From the NCBI GenBank assembly GCA_020536535.1, contig JAHLWZ010000011.1, forward strand, positions 1 to 48,066: a stretch of DNA of 48,066 nt. Reading direction: 5' to 3'. The notes beneath the pieces were generated by a model, which saw only the letters and a program-made list of their open reading frames with translations, was not told where the DNA came from and ran no database searches. Position 1 is the stretch's first letter; each line of letters starts with the position of its first letter. The translations under genes and the position numbers were made by a program. This stretch comes from Pelomyxa schiedti. Taxonomy: Eukaryota > Protista > Evosea. Shown one piece after another: positions 46,770-48,066 of this stretch.

Positions 46770-47104
46770 GTGCCTCGACAGGGACATACTGGGACTGGCC
46801 CACAGAAGCAAACCTGAAAAGAGGAAGAGGCAGACTTATCTCCAAGTTCGGGACGCGAGGCCGCGGCAGGGGAAGCAGCCGGGGCCGCGGCAGGGGAAGA
46901 GGAGGAAGGGGAGGAAGGGGCTCAAGCAGAAGCAGAGGCAGGGGCCGCGGCAGAGGAGGAAGGGGCCAGCTGACATCATTCAGGGGACGAGGCCGAGGCA
47001 GGTCACACGGGAGGAGGGGAGACAGCAGAGGCAGGGGGCGTGGGCAGGCGAAGCCACCCAGGGGTAGCAACTCTCTCCTAGACCGCCTCAACGCTGGCTA
47101 CTAA
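46770..47104 (+). repeat. Second copy of the last (GAR) exon of the nucleolin-like gene (44773..45107)
   Basis: Same peptide except one R>H, several synonymous differences; starts at the gap and diverges right after the stop codon. Confidence 0.9.
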
Positions 47105-47301
47105 ATGACCAAATTTCGAAATTTGGTACGATTTGTGTTGTTTTCTTTGTTGAGAAAAGTTCCCCGGTGTCGTTTGTGATGAGAATGAGGCTTTCATTTC
47201 GTCAGGCACGAAGCCCAAAAACCGTGTACAAAAAACTGGAGCGGGCAGGAGTGAGTGGGAGTTTTTACACTTGGTTCCATGGTTAATCCCACTCAAACAT
47301 A

Positions 47302-47450
47302 CATATCTGGATCAGTGGGTGGTGATTTTTTCCCTATCAAAAAGTGTATCATCCACCCAAAATCACCACACCACCCAGGCAGTGATTTTGGGTGGTGATG
47401 ATACACTTTTTGCAGTGAAATTGGATCACCACCCCAGGCAGTGGTCAAGC
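47302..47450. repeat. Dispersed repeat copy 2 containing a ~29-bp-stem hairpin (MITE-like)
   Basis: Arms 47338-47366 (CAAAAAGTGTATCATCCACCCAAAATCAC) and 47382-47412 pair with one 2-nt bulge; 15-nt loop. Confidence 0.7.
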
Positions 47451-47649
47451 ACATAAGCCAGTCAGTAAAATACCCTGGGTTAACCAAAAGAAAAAAACTT
47501 TTTTGTTGACAGATGTACTTTTTTTTGGGTTTCAGATTCACTCACTTTTTTTCTCTGGTTACCTACAGCTTGGTTAATGGCTTCTTCTAGCTCTTACTTG
47601 GGGGTCCATACAACACAGCATCTGACCATGTTGCACTCATCCCACCAGT

Positions 47650-47790
47650 CACACCCATCCTGGCACTTGTCACTGCACCCGTCGCCGCACCCGTCGCCAC
47701 ACTCGTCGCCGCACCCGTCGCCACACCCGTCACCGCACCCGTCGCTGCAGTAGTCACCACACTCGTCGCCGCACTTGTCACCAATGTTGT
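47650..47790. repeat. Degenerate 12-bp minisatellite (GCACCCGTCGCC-like) in an Ala/Pro/Val/Thr-type low-complexity stretch running to the window end
   Basis: About ten consecutive units; the plus frame reads [26 protein letters not shown]. Confidence 0.7.
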
Positions 47791-48066
47791 AGCTCCCCCC
47801 ATGGCAGCCACCACACATTTCACTGCCACACCAGTCGCCACCACGCCGGTCCCTGCCCCACTGAAAGCACTCACCACATTTGTTGACTCTGTTGTTGCCC
47901 TGTTGTCACCGCCATTGTTCCCCCTGTCGCTGCCGTCGTCACCTCCCCCATCGTCCCACCCAACAACGCACTTGTCACCACACTTGGAGGCACCAATAAC
48001 GACGTTCCTGTGTCTACCTCAGTTGTTGCTCTCGTTGGTTTATTGCGTCCCATCACTATGCAACAA

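Noticed and set aside
46276-47104. 268/271-aa ORFs spanning 46276-47104
   Set aside because: Artefacts of reading through the N gap, joining LINE relic and GAR exon.
1-48066. tRNA, rRNA or CRISPR arrays
   Set aside because: None recognisable by eye; a tRNAscan-SE/Infernal run would be needed to exclude small RNAs.

Overview
Eukaryotic, compact, intron-dense genomic DNA (many ~40-65 nt introns, standard genetic code; probably a unicellular eukaryote such as an amoebozoan, which is inference only) with two 100-N scaffold gaps. About 35 kb is taken by two giant, full-length paralogous RNF213/mysterin-like AAA+ ATPase genes in head-to-head orientation (minus strand ~19341->2687; plus strand ~21049->39771), which the ORF track splits into dozens of exon fragments. 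A 7-knuckle CNBP/Gis2-like gene sits in the 1.7 kb between their starts. Both giants keep the RNF213 AAA core motifs and C-terminal domain, but I find no RING and no RZ finger in either. Both carry a large insertion in AAA3 and a shared helical C-terminal extension, and the minus copy lacks ~300 aa of the E3-core region. Downstream are a DEAD-box helicase fragment, a PQQ/BamB-like beta-propeller gene divergent from a nucleolin-like RRM-GAR gene, a decayed non-LTR retrotransposon, a small palindromic repeat element and a 12-bp minisatellite. Two gap-flanking duplications are present. Gene models were spliced by eye, and comparisons to human RNF213 and other families rely on recalled motifs, not on a database search.
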